From assembly GCA_023231475.1 (NCBI GenBank), contig JALJEE010000596.1:62001-126000 (forward strand): a stretch of DNA of 64,000 nt. Direction: 5' to 3'. The position numbers and the translations under genes were made by a program. Under the pieces are notes generated by a model. The model saw only the letters and a list, made by a program, of their open reading frames with translations, did no database searches and was not told the DNA's origin. The stretch is from Seison nebaliae (Eukaryota). Positions 25,710 to 39,300 of the stretch are shown here, piece by piece (position 1 is the stretch's first letter; every line of letters starts with the position of its first letter).

Positions 25710-28398
25710 ATGGACAATTTTCCTCCTCGGGTAATATCTTTTTCCAACTCTTTAAAGATGTATAGATTATATTTGTTTATTTACCCATTTGTAGAATCCG
25801 CATTTAGAGAGAGGATTGGACGAAATTTTATTTCGAAATGGACATCCTTCATTCAGAAAACCGCCTCCTACTATCCACCAAAGAATGATGGTGGTCGACC
25901 ATATGAGAGTAAGACCACCACCACCACCAGCTCAACATTTCATGCAACCACGACCAGAACTCGATCAAATGATGAATAGAGGGATGATGCCGAAACAACA
26001 TTTTCATATGCCGATTCATCGAGTAGGTCCTCCAATGGCAGTCGCTCCAAAAACTTTTCAAGTTTCATAATTTTTATAAATAAAATTTTTTTATATTCAA
26101 TTCTTTTAGATGAATGAATGGACGAATGTGATAGAAAATCGTCAAATGGAGAATGATATGGGAAAAATGGAGAGAAGTCTCAATATTAATGATGTTAATT
26201 TGAATAAGAATAATATGATACAACGTCGAGCGGATTTGGGAATCGAATCTTATTCTTATATGGTTCAAAAAAATATGGAAAATAAAAGAAATAAATTTTC
26301 TAAATCTTCTCGTTTCCCAATGAAAAAAAATAATAATAATAACAACAACAACAACAACATTCGTAATAAACAATTCGATCGTAAACGATATCATCCGGAT
26401 CAGATGAAATCAGGAAAAAAGAAGAAATTCAATAAGAATGAAGTGAGTAGTAGTACACCGATGGAAGTGAAAGAAACGAAAAAATTAGAAGATGGAGAAA
26501 TTGCGAGTGATACTGAAGAGATGAATGATGATGATTATTATGCGGAATATGAACCAATGTCTCATGATGTGTCATCTCAACAATTAATGGAGCAGAAGAT
26601 GATGGTCAATCGAGCATCGATGATCGGATTTCCTATGAGTAAACCATTGAATTACGTCAGAAAAGATAAAGTACAATCATCTCAACCGATTTCATGTCAT
26701 TCGAATAAAAGTGTGAAACATATTCAACGAATTTCGAAAGGGAAAGATGGAATAAGGAAAAAAGGAAGAAATTTAAAACATCAACGAAATATTATAGATG
26801 ATGATGATGATGAAGAGATTGGAGAGATTCCATCGAAAAATTTACAAGTGAAACAATCAGATGAAATGGATGTGGATGTTAGAAAGAAATCAACAATTAA
26901 AAATGAAGTTGAAATGAAAGTAGTAGAGAAAGAGAAAGACGTTAAAATGAAAAGAGAAGAAATTCCGGAGAAGAAAACGAAACAAATTCTAATTCCTCCT
27001 TGTTTCCCAATACCATCAGAATGGTTAGTGGAACATCCGGAATATTATGAGATTTCTGGATTAGATCCAAAGAAATTCTCTGGAATAAAAAAGAAACCTC
27101 ATCAGAAAGAGAAAACGAATAATAATAAAAATAAAGTTAATGTGTTCGATAATGTGATATTGACGAATGATGAAATTATGGAAATGACGAAAACGAAAAA
27201 TCATTTCCAATTATTGAGACATGCACTTATCTACGATGATATTGGGGCGATAAAAGCGTTAGTTGCAGCAGAGACTGAACATTTATCGTCAATGAAAATC
27301 GAAGAGGAATTCTCTGAGAAGAATTTCATAAATTATCTCAAACATTTCCAATATATTCAGACGCAATCCCAATTGGATGATCAGAGAGAAAAATTGGAAT
27401 TGATGAGGAAGAATGTTTACAAGACGAGAGATCAATTGAATAATGAAACGGATAAAGTGAAGAAGGAGAAGTTGAAGAAAGAATTGGTGAATAAATTAAT
27501 TCTACCAATTTATCCAAATCGTATCGATCGATCTCATTATGGCAGATTCACTTCAGATGATACAGATGATCGAATTTCTCTTTATATCTCTCAATGGTTG
27601 GGCGAACCGAAAACCGAATTTATCAGTTAAATATTTCTTTTATTTATTTAAATCAATTATAATTATTTTTAGAACGATGTGTCAAGAAATTGGGAAGAGT
27701 GAAGACTTTGTCACTCTTCTTTCTTGCGGAAGACATTGTTAATATTGGCGGATGGTTGACAAAAGTTTTATTTTTTTTTTTAAAAATTTTAATTTGGATA
27801 ATAATAAAATAATAATTAATAATTTAAATAAAGGATAAGAAACGTAGTCGTACTTCTGGTGGAATATTTTTTGCATTACTCAAACGAGATTATTCTCTTG
27901 ATCAGGATGTGGTTAAGGAGATTTTAGATGACGATGTGGAGGTGAAAGCAAAGAAGAAGAAACAGAGTAGGTAAAATTTTATATTTAATTCAAATTTTAA
28001 TAAATTTTAATTAATATTTTTATAGACAAAGGAAACGTCAACAATTGAAAGAGATCGAAAAGAATTTATTGGGGAAAGAAGATAAGAAGGAAACAAATAA
28101 AATTGATATTCTAGAAGAAGCAAAAAGATGGAGGAATGTTCCTCCACCGTCCATCGTCAGTTCGACGATGAATGATCCTTCAATTCTTTTACAATCAAAT
28201 CCATATACGATGGTCTCCAATCAAGCGTCATTGCATCCAATGTTCTCTCATAATTTAACTGTCAACGAAACATTCCCATTAATGGTAAATCCGGCGAATA
28301 TTGCAAGTATTGGAGAGAATGTTGACGGGAAAATTATGGGAACGATCAACGATGTGATGGAGCCGATACCGATGGAGTTGTTTCCAACGGGAAATTGA
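25710..28398 (+). CDS. PHAX: Phosphorylated adapter RNA export protein (snRNA export adaptor), ~801 aa; introns 25731-25794, 26062-26109, 27626-27672, 27765-27833, 27971-28025
   Basis: Spliced C-terminal region LGEPKTEFIKRCVKKLGRVKTLSLF..GGWLTK^DKKRSRTSGGIFFALLK matches the PHAX RNA-binding domain (L.E.K..LI.R.V..IG..RRRTPGGVFL.LLK). All exons join in frame. Confidence 0.85.
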
Positions 28399-30557
28399 AA
28401 TAACAACAAATCTTGTCGATATTCCAAATACACGCACTCCTTCACACCGACAAATGGAGTTCATTGAAGTGAATAATTTCATTATGTTCATGGCTAATAG
28501 TGATGGATATTGTTGAGAATTCTCATATTTTCTAATTAATTCAGTTAATAAAATTTTAAGTCATTGAAAAAATCCTCTTTCAATTGTTGTTGTTGGATGA
28601 TGTAACTTGTAAGATGGAAGGTTTCTAAATCAATTCCATATAATATAGATTGATAGAATGGTTTATTTCTAGAGAATAGTGACAGAAAGAAAGAGAGAGA
28701 GAGAGAGAGATATTAGGAAGAATAATGTACTTTAGAAAAACTCTCGTTAAAGTTTCGTTGGAGGGGAAGTAGAGAAGGAAATCAAAAATCTTTTCAGTTT
28801 ACTTCTTCGATGTTTTCGTTAAATTTTATTGAATTCATACGTCGATGTCTCTAGATGTGTGAATGGATATTGATAACACTCAAATTTCTTTCGATTTTTT
28901 TTTATAAGAAATTTTTCCATCGAAACTTTTTCCAGGTTTATTTTTAAAATATTCGTTTCTGATTGATCGCATTTATTGAATGAATGAATCGATAATGATG
29001 TTAAGTAAATATGAGACATTCATCCGATTCATTTAGTTAGTGTAATTGGAGAAATGAGAATGTTGAAGGAGAATCATAAGAATGGATGATAAGAAATAGA
29101 AAACTAAAAATAATTTTCCATCGATATATCGATCCAAATCGATATGAATGAAAAAAATCCGGTTCTATAGTTTTCTATTATAGTCTTCATTTCCTGTAAG
29201 ATGGTGGAACGTAATGAGAGTGAGGACATATTTGAGATGAAGTTGCCATTCGGAAAAGTGGAAATCATCAACTGCTCATCTTCTTTATTCATTGATCAAC
29301 AAGAACGACTCGTTTCTTCCATTTGTCGATAAATGAATCTAATTTCTTATTTGTTCGTCCATCATCATCCATGATATTATCATCTCTCCATCATTCCATG
29401 TGCACAAACAGACGGGGCGGGAGGGACATATATGGATAAAGATAAAGTTACCATATCTCAACTCATCGTATCTATGGATGTAATCATATCTCATAAATAC
29501 GTCTGATAATAAGTAAGATTTGTATATTGAATCTTCTCTCCACACATGTACACCAATCGTCGAAGTGATATGCAATCATATCTTCATTATTTCACTTGTT
29601 CCATTTAATTGTCGTAAATGAAACAGTGTGTGTTGAAATAGTGAAGACGTTAAACATATTTTTCTATTTATATCAATTTCTGTAACTATTCCATCTTCAT
29701 CCTTCCAATTGTTCACTTCTTCTTTCCTCATATCAACTACCAGTCGTTCTTGTGAAATTGAACGTTGTAACGAATTGAGGAGAACATGATAATGACGATC
29801 TATTACTTAATATAATTCAGCTCATAAATTCCATAAGAATAATAATAATAATAATAAGGAGAACAGCAACAATAATGATAATAAGCGTAATAAGGTAAAA
29901 GAGGAACGACAAGAACGATTAAAGAATAATGGATGATATAACAATATGTAGATAGATATCTAGTCTGCTAGCTAGCTAGACCAGCTTGATCGACAACGAT
30001 TTGCTAGAGAGAATATTTTGATGTAGTGTGTATGTGTGGATGTAGATGAATGTAATAGAATGATGAATCTAGCTTACGGAAATATCATACGAACAATTCT
30101 ATTAACGTCTTTTTTCCTCTTCTTTGTACTTGTATACGATTATCTGATCGTTACTCAAATTGATTTTACGTTTTTTAATTTTGCCTATTCATTATTTCAC
30201 TCATTCATCTGATGTCTATATGGGAATCGATTGATATTTATTAATAGAATTTACTTGTTTTCATATTCGATATTTGAATATCACCGTTCTCCCAACAATC
30301 ATCCGCCTCCCAACTTTCCCTTCGTCGATTCATTCCCCATAAATAAATCGGAACATATGCATATCACATACAAACACATCTCGAATATTTAGACAACCGG
30401 ATCTCCTACTTATTTCGTTACAGATCTCATAGTTTGACGATCAATAAAATTTCGAATTAACATTGAACATCTGAACAGGTAGAATTGTTTATCATCTCAA
30501 CAAATGAGAAATAGCAATCTTATCATGAATGGCGTTAGAAAGGATAAGTAGAGACAT

Positions 30558-30617
30558 ATGTGTTTGTGTGTGTTTTTGTGTGTATGTGTGTGTGTGTGTG
30601 TGTGTGTTTGTGTTTGT
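30558..30617. repeat. Imperfect (GT)n microsatellite
   Basis: Directly visible. Confidence 0.9.
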
Positions 30618-33600
30618 GGCGAGGTAAGTGATGGAAAAGTAGAAGGAATTTCGTCAAATCTCTCAAATGTCTTCTCCTCATCCTAAAGAATTGTTTAGAC
30701 GATTTCATCCACAATGTCTCTGTAGTACCACTTATTCATTCATTTCTTCATTTCATCATTAAAATTACCCAGAAAAAAGGAACAATGTTGATAATCATGA
30801 ATGTTCTACATGATCGTTATAGTCATCTTCTCGAATGATGAGGACTTGTAAATATTGTTCCTTATTTTCCTTTTTATTCTAATTATTCTCATCATCATCA
30901 TCAACTCATAACATCATTCTACACGTTCCTTATTTATCTATTTATTTATCGTTTTTGATTATTATTATTTCTCTTATCGTTCTCACCAAAACTTTATCAC
31001 CATTGATAATATTTAATTTATTTGGAACCTGTATCTATCCTGCAAATAAACGAACGTTTCACTACGCCCAAAATAATAATGAGATACATTTTCATTTAAT
31101 TTCTATTTGGCGACAATCATCTGTTCGAAACTTAACCAATTTATGTAATTCAACTCGACTTGAAATGAATGTGAAAACCATTTCACATTTCATGGAAGTA
31201 CTTCCCTCCCAACTAATACTTGTCGAGTATTAATCGTTACATCGAGTTACGTCTATTGAGATCGGCGATAGATAACTAGACACATCTTTATATCAATACG
31301 ACATGTCCATCCAAACAAAGGAAGAAGTTGAAAATGAATTAGGCAAATCATAAAATCACTCAGAATTCATTAGACACATAATCTAACTAACTTATCAATT
31401 GATTGTTAAAATGAATCTCGAATGAAACGATGTTGATTAAATCACACTATTGCGGGAAATATAAATAATTTCCTATATTTATTCTACTTTTCCATCGAAA
31501 AAAAAATGAAAGAAACGATTCAACAAATAAAGGAAATAGATGAAATCTTGTTCTCCATTCGATTCTAAAAGGAACACTGAACTTCATTCACTTGTTAAGA
31601 ATTAGAAAAGATGTTTCCATCAGTCGAAAGAAACGATGATGAGATCGACAAATATTTGATGACGGTAATAACATAAGAATGATCGAAACAATAAGACACT
31701 AACAAAAAAAAATCGGTATTCACTTGGCTATAATCATAAGAATGATTGAGAAGCATCTAAATAGTATTATCACGTCGTCATCACTTACGAGATGCTGACG
31801 ATTGGATTGAAGTCGTATGAGAAAGAGAATATATTCATCTTTATTTTACTTCTCCTTTCTTCCTCAAAATAAATAAGATAAGTGTTCGTAAAGTAGAATA
31901 ATGTGCAAATAAAATGCAAATATTTTCTTCCCATTGTATTGATATCAGCTCGAATGAGTGGTTAATGCAAATTGTGTCATTTTCAACTGGATAATAAATT
32001 GTAAAAACAGTTTATGAAGAAGCAATACATTCTCCTGTCAAACCTTTCTATCGCCATTAATTTTTATTTAATTCTATTTTTATTATTTTGCTGCCTTATC
32101 TATCCGATTGACGTTATTCAACTTATCATCATTTAGATAGTTCTCATGTTTATTCAAACTAATAATCTGTTAAACAACATTAATGTTTAACGTTTCATCT
32201 TGTTCATTTTTTAAACATTCTTCAATTCTACTTTACGTTGTTTCTTCCAACTCTCAACCAATTCCCAGTTTAGTTTGTATAGTTTTATATAGAATTTGTT
32301 GCAACGAACCATCATCGGAAAGATAACAGAGACGAAGTTGTGGTAAAAGGAGATTTTTTTACATAACTTTTCTTTTTACATCATCTGTCATTCGCGTAGT
32401 GTTACATTTCAAGGCCTTTCTAATAATTATTCTGAACAAAGAGAATTTATCATCTCGAATAGATCCGATTGAAACGATTTGGTTGTTTCCGAAGATAATT
32501 AACTTCTTTAGTGATTGAATTCAAATAAATTTTTGTATCGTTCCTTTTTATTGTCACATACCATCTGGTTTCGCTCTACTAACTTTATGTCATTCTAATC
32601 GGCAGTCTACTTCATCTTTTGAACGTTCATCTTCATTATTCTCGACAAAGAAATTATAGTTTTGGTGAAATTGGACGTTTATCCACTTATCTATCACTAC
32701 ATCTATTCTCACAAATCGAATCGTTCATTTTATTCTTTCACCATGTATCGAAAGAATGTCATACGAGTTATTGATATTGTATAAACTTTTGGGAAACTTA
32801 CTCCAACATGGCATTGATATCCCTAAAAATATTGATTAAGAATCATTTTTTCATCATTTCCAATATTCATTCATATTAATTGTCAGTCGTATGAATAAGG
32901 GAAGGGACTCTTTACCTTATTTACTTTGAAATGTTTTCTAAATGAAATATTTCTATTTTACTTGTCCAGCTGTCAACTTTGGGTTAGTTACACCAGCTGA
33001 TTGTTTCACTCATACAATTCATTGATCATATTATGAGTAATGTAAATTAATTCCTATAAAAAATTGTTTCTTTCTCTCCTCTCAATTTCAAGTACAGATA
33101 TGTAAATTTATAATTTATAGTTCTCAAACTGAGAACGAGCTACGTCAATTGAATAAGTACTTTAATTGAACTTAAATTTTACCTGCAAATTAATGACGGG
33201 GATTTCCTCACATCTTTGAAAGGGATTAAATTAATTGACCAACCACCCATTAATTAACATCTTCACCAATTTATTGATTGATGTCGAAAATTAATTAATA
33301 ATGATAATAATTCATATGAAATCGACTGTGAAATAAAAAGAAGAAAAAAGTAATTTTTTTTCAACAATCACTGACACGTTATTATACCTGTCAGAGCGCG
33401 AGGATTTCATTCTAAAACGGATTATCATCGTGACAAATCTTTATCATTACTCATATAGCTATTAACTTTTTCGCGTATATCTTTCTGGTTTATCCATGTA
33501 TTACTCTTAATTGGTCAACTAACAAGTTTTTTGCATTATCGGTGACATTATACAGTATTCGTCTGTTTAAAGAGAGTTCTCGTATGTTTTATTCGATAAA

Positions 33601-36335
33601 GGATAAAGAATTTTTGCATATTAAATTGATGATTTCGACCAGTAGACTTCACGTACGATAATGTTATCAGTCAGGGATGTGCATCGTCTAAAACGAAATA
33701 AGAATTATTTTCGATTATTTCTTGTTTTAAATCGAAGTTTGATGAATGTGATCAGATGGTTTAGTTGATCACAAAAAATAGAGGTTTGATTTCCATTAAA
33801 ACTTAGTTTCCGTTTCAGTTAGTTGACTCGTCACTATTTCCTGAAAGTCAACTATTACACTGTAGAGATGAGATTGGAGGAGATGACATAAGAGATTGAT
33901 GTTATCGTGAAATTTTCCTGGACATCGGAAATAGATAGAAGATTGAAAAAGTTTCTTGTTTCATTTGTTTAGAAAAGTATTTTATACACTTCTGGTATTT
34001 TCTCCATTTTCTCTCACATTACACCGTTAAATTATGTGACCTATTTATGTTGGTTGTTACAATGAAGATCGGTTTTTTCTCATCATCATCATCATTATCA
34101 TCTTCGTTCTTGTTGTTAGCGTCAACAGTTTTTGTTTCGTCGCATGTAAATGATGGAGAGGCAACTCCGTTCGATGTTCGTTCATTTGATATAAATTTCT
34201 ACCGCTTATTCTCATTAGTTAATGCGTGAATCCTCTCGATGATATGATGGTGATGAATCTTCTTACATTCATTTGCTTTCTCCCTTATCTTCTTTGGATT
34301 CTTACGTTTTCTCCTTCTACTTACTTTTCCCAATTATTATCCATTTCATTATCTTTTCTTGTCGTTATTTAAGATTTATCTTATTAAAAAATTTGTTATT
34401 ATTCCCCTCAAAATATTATTTATTATTTTACCTCTTTTTATTTGCTCTGTTTCTGATGATCATTGTCAATTAACAGCAAATCGTTGACGTCGAATTTCAT
34501 TCCTTATTGAAACTTTTGTTATCTAATATCGAAATTATCTTTATTTGATTTCTAATGTTGATAAGAAGTGTGTGAGAATAAATAATGATCAGATAGATGG
34601 TGGTTGAAAATTGCAAAATTTTCATTCTTCTTTGACCAATTCGTTGTCATCAATAATCTATTTCTTTGTCGTTTAAACTACAAATACACCTTTCTTTTCA
34701 TCATGACTACCTCAACCACAACCATCACTCTATATTATCCACTCTATATCTCCCTCTCGTATCTTGATGACGTGACTTGTGATATTTGGTACAATTATCG
34801 AAAAAATATCTAACCGGAAAGAATGTTTGATATAATAATTTTCGGGTATTCTATTCAACAATCACATGAAATAGGACCGAATATATTTTTAGGGGGGACG
34901 GAGTAGGTAGAAGGCGGAAATCACAATCTTTCTTTCTTGTTTTCTTATGTCATATTATCTATTGCAGCGTTTTCATTAAAATCAAAAAGAAATATAATTT
35001 GACTCATTCATTATCAATCTGAATGTTCGATGTTTCTGAACCGTTTCGAAAAATTGAAAAATCTAAATCAAAGAATTATGTTTTGGAAATATGTATGTCG
35101 ACTATCGTACTCTATGACCATTCTCTACGTTACGCTTCCCAAACGAGAGAAATGGTATTGACGGAACTTCATCAATTTTCCGTCGTTAATTTGTACTTCC
35201 GTCATTCATTTCGCATTCGATACACAATCACTCATTTCTGACCTAATGAATTGTTGAATGAAAGAATGAATGTTTGCGTTTGACGTTCATTAAAAAATTG
35301 TGGATTTCAATTACTTACTAGTCAATTAATTTTCCACAATGTACGGTTTATGGATCAAGTTCATGGATCGTTTATCGTAATCGACTCGATTGACATTGAA
35401 TGAATCAGATTAGAACGAATCTTAAAAAGTTCACATTCTCAATCTTCTTACATCACCAACGCGAGAAGTAAGTAAGTAACGAGTTTGAAGTAGTTTCTTT
35501 TAACGGTAAGTAAATGACGAAGGAAGACAAGAGGAATCAAATGTGATTGTTGATTTTGGGAAAGGATTTGGTTAGATTAAAGTTTGGAATTGATTAGAAG
35601 ATAAATGCCAAATGATCGTTACCAATCGAATGATGATAAGTTTGTGTCATTTCTATAATTCAGCTCTTAATTCGATGGATGGAATAGTGCCATGATCGTT
35701 TCACCTCTCCATTCTAATTGAATGCCATTGGGAATAAGACGGATTTGTTCATCTAACTGAGACTCCTTCCCATTTAATGAGGATTCGGTCAGAACGTGAA
35801 TTAATAAATTGAAAGAGAAATCGAACGATTCATTATGAGAATGAAGAAGATGTATTTGATAAAATCTCTTCATATCGGAACTGATCCGTGAGTGAGAAGT
35901 GAATGAATGAATGAGGGGAGAAGTTGAAGACGAAGAAAGGAAATAATAGGAAAGAAAATGGTAGTTGAGGTGGTTGATATTGGGAAGGAGGGAAGAGGCT
36001 AGTGGAAGGGAAAGAAGGAGATAGTTGGATCAACGACGTAAAGAGTGATTATATAATCCGTTAATAAATACGGAAACGTTTCCTTTGGTTGGAATTGGAA
36101 GACAATTTGTTTGAAAGTATTTTTGTGTCTTCAGAAAAAACTTTTCTTTTATATTTCCTATTTTATTCTCTTTAAATTCTTAGTGTGAAATTTTTATATC
36201 ATCCCACTCATCATCGGAAAATTTCTTCTCTTTTTTTTCTCTAAACCATGTCACCAAACGGCAGATACAGGAAGATATCATCAACTAGGAAAATTTTCAT
36301 TTAGGAGTTGACTGTCTGACAGAAGGTAGTTCGTC

Positions 36336-39300
36336 ATGGAACAGAAGCCTGCTGTCCAGTTCAATCAAAATATTCTAGTTAAGGAAAGAATAAGACAACT
36401 AGCTCAAAACATATTTTGGAATAGTGGCAATAACACTGACAATGATGTGGAGGACGAACTCCATATTATTGATAAGCGTAACATTGAAGAGAAAACGTCG
36501 TTGGAAGGTATGTTTTCTATCTGTTGTCAAGCTAAAAATAGAATAATGAGAGGTGGAAAGTTTTAAAATTTCGTTTCACAATAAAATGACTCTAATTAAA
36601 GTTGTTCATTTCATTGTCACTCGCTATCGATATCATTTACTGACGGTTTCATTTAACATCATTAATTTTTAACAGAGAACATTATGATTGGAGGAATATT
36701 GATGAATTAACAAAGTTATTAATATTAAAAAAAAATTATTGACATTCAATGGAGAATTTTGTTTTTGATAGAAATTTAAATAAAATTTTTTTGTTTCATT
36801 TCATTCAAAGAAGTAGATTATAATTGTACACCAAAAAGTAATTTTAAGAATAACATAGCATTCTTCAACTCCATCCAACAACAACAACAACAAATACCGA
36901 ATAAGCAAACAAATTATTATAATCAAGCTGAATATATCGACCTCTACCAGAGACAACAACCACAAAATAGTGTTTGCCAGAATGCGAATGTAGTTGAAGC
37001 ATCATCAGCTTCTGATGGTATTGATAATGATGATGTTTCCAATCAATATTATCAAACGACTAAAATAGTTTCGAATATTTTCTCATTGCAAAAAAAGCAT
37101 CAGAAAGAAGAAGAATATCGTCAACTCTCCAACGATTTCCTCCAGCAGTCGTACAACGTTTATAATCGCGACAATAATAATAATATTATTTATAATACTG
37201 TTAGTCGCTCAAACAATTTTCATAAGCCTTTGCATAAGAGTAATAGCAATCAATTATCCGGAACTAATAATAAGAATCCATTAGCTTATCTTTACACGAA
37301 TAATTCGATAAAGAAACGAAATTCAGCTTTTATTCCATCCACCATCCCAATCAATTCCACTTTACTAATACCGGAAAAGTTGAAGACTCCCACACCATCC
37401 ATCGACACGTCATATGATCATCAATCAGATTTCAAATCGACAATCACAAGAAATAAATCATTACAAATTCTCTCATCACTCTCAACAAACCGTAACAATT
37501 ATAATATTCTAATTCCAAATTCCGCCAATAACAATTTTATCGATCAATCGACGAGTGTGCAGATTAAAGAACAAACAAATACGAATAATAATAATAATTG
37601 TAATTTAACTAATAATAATAATCATAATAATAAGAACAATTACGATTATTTCTACAACAACAATTCCAACACCAACAACAACAATTCACAATCAAATCAA
37701 TTTCAAGTACCGGTGAACAGGAAACGTGATTCAATAGCGACTCTTTATGAAACGAATGAGAAATTCGAAAAAGACAATCAATATTATCAGATAGTTAACA
37801 ACGCGGACGTCCGGAAATTGGGAACATTCGCCACTTTACGTTATTCGAAAAAGAGCGCAACTTTATTGAAGAATTCACTTCAACATTACGCACAACAGAA
37901 GGAATTATTGACGAACGATATCGAACCAATCGATTATCAATCAAATTATTATCCGCATAAAAATAAGAATTTTTCAACAGACTTTCTTATTTATCCCAAC
38001 GACAACACGAGAAAAATAGTGAATAGTGATCGAACTCGTGAGAATGGAGGAATCGTTCAACGGAATGTTTATGAGAAACCGTTATATTATACGCCGAGAC
38101 GTTTACAACATTATAATTCTCATCCAACATTGACACTTGAAAGAACGAGTGGTCATCGAACAAAACTTATTAATCAGATACTCCCCAAAATATCGCCAAT
38201 TACACAATTCCCTTTATTTCACCTTGAAACGAAAAATTCTCATTGTAACACTGACAATCCGAATACTCGAAAGTCCGTTGTTGAAAAGAAGCGCAATTGT
38301 CTAAAGAAAATTGTTCGTCGTTCTCATACCGTTTGTGGTAATCGTATATTAGATAAATTATCGAGGAATCCATCAAAACATTCGAAACACGATTATCCCT
38401 TATCACCATCAAACGGAAATCATTCCGAAACATGTGACACATATGAAATAAAGAAGATCGATAAACAAACCTCTCAAACCAATATCAAATCGCCAATCTT
38501 AAGAGATCAACTCTACACGTCTCGACCGCAAACATCGCGCTCATCTTTAAATTCGTCCATCGTTCATCGGCAGACCGAGAAGATTTTCCCCGTTAATTAT
38601 AAGCAAAATCAACCGTCATATTTTGAGATATTGAAATCGAAGTTTGAACGTGAACATACGCAGTTAGGGAAAAAGTGTATCGATCAGAATAAGAATAAGA
38701 ATATCATTTGGGAACGGACGAACGAAACGATAAGAAATTTGCAACGATCTCGATCTCAAGATGTTCCTTCAAACCAGAAACAATTAGATCATTTCAATTT
38801 AGAAGACGAATTAAATATTCATGAGAGTAAAGAAAAGAATGCTAATAGAAATCGACCCGTTAACAAAGAGATAAACGATCGAAACTTTTTCGAAAATAAT
38901 CATCATCATCAATGTGAAAAGATTATCGGTACGACAAATAAGAATAAGAATCAAAATAAGATGGATGTTCTTCCCGTAAGTAATACAATATTTCAAGACA
39001 TCAAGTCCGTTCCATGTAATTCGATTGTGACGGATGTTCAATTATCGTCAAGAGAATCGAATGAAAATGCTTTGGATGAGAAATCAGATATCAATTCAAA
39101 CTGTAATCAGCAAAAGAATAAAATTATGATTCCTTACATCAAATTGAACATTCGAGATGAAGTCGGACGATTTCCTCATACGAAACGTGTGGGCAATTAT
39201 TTGTTGGGAAAGAAGTTGGGCGAAGGAAGTTTTGCTAAAGTGAAAGAAGGATTACATTTGTTGTCGGGACAACATGTTGCAATAAAAGTGATTGATAAAA

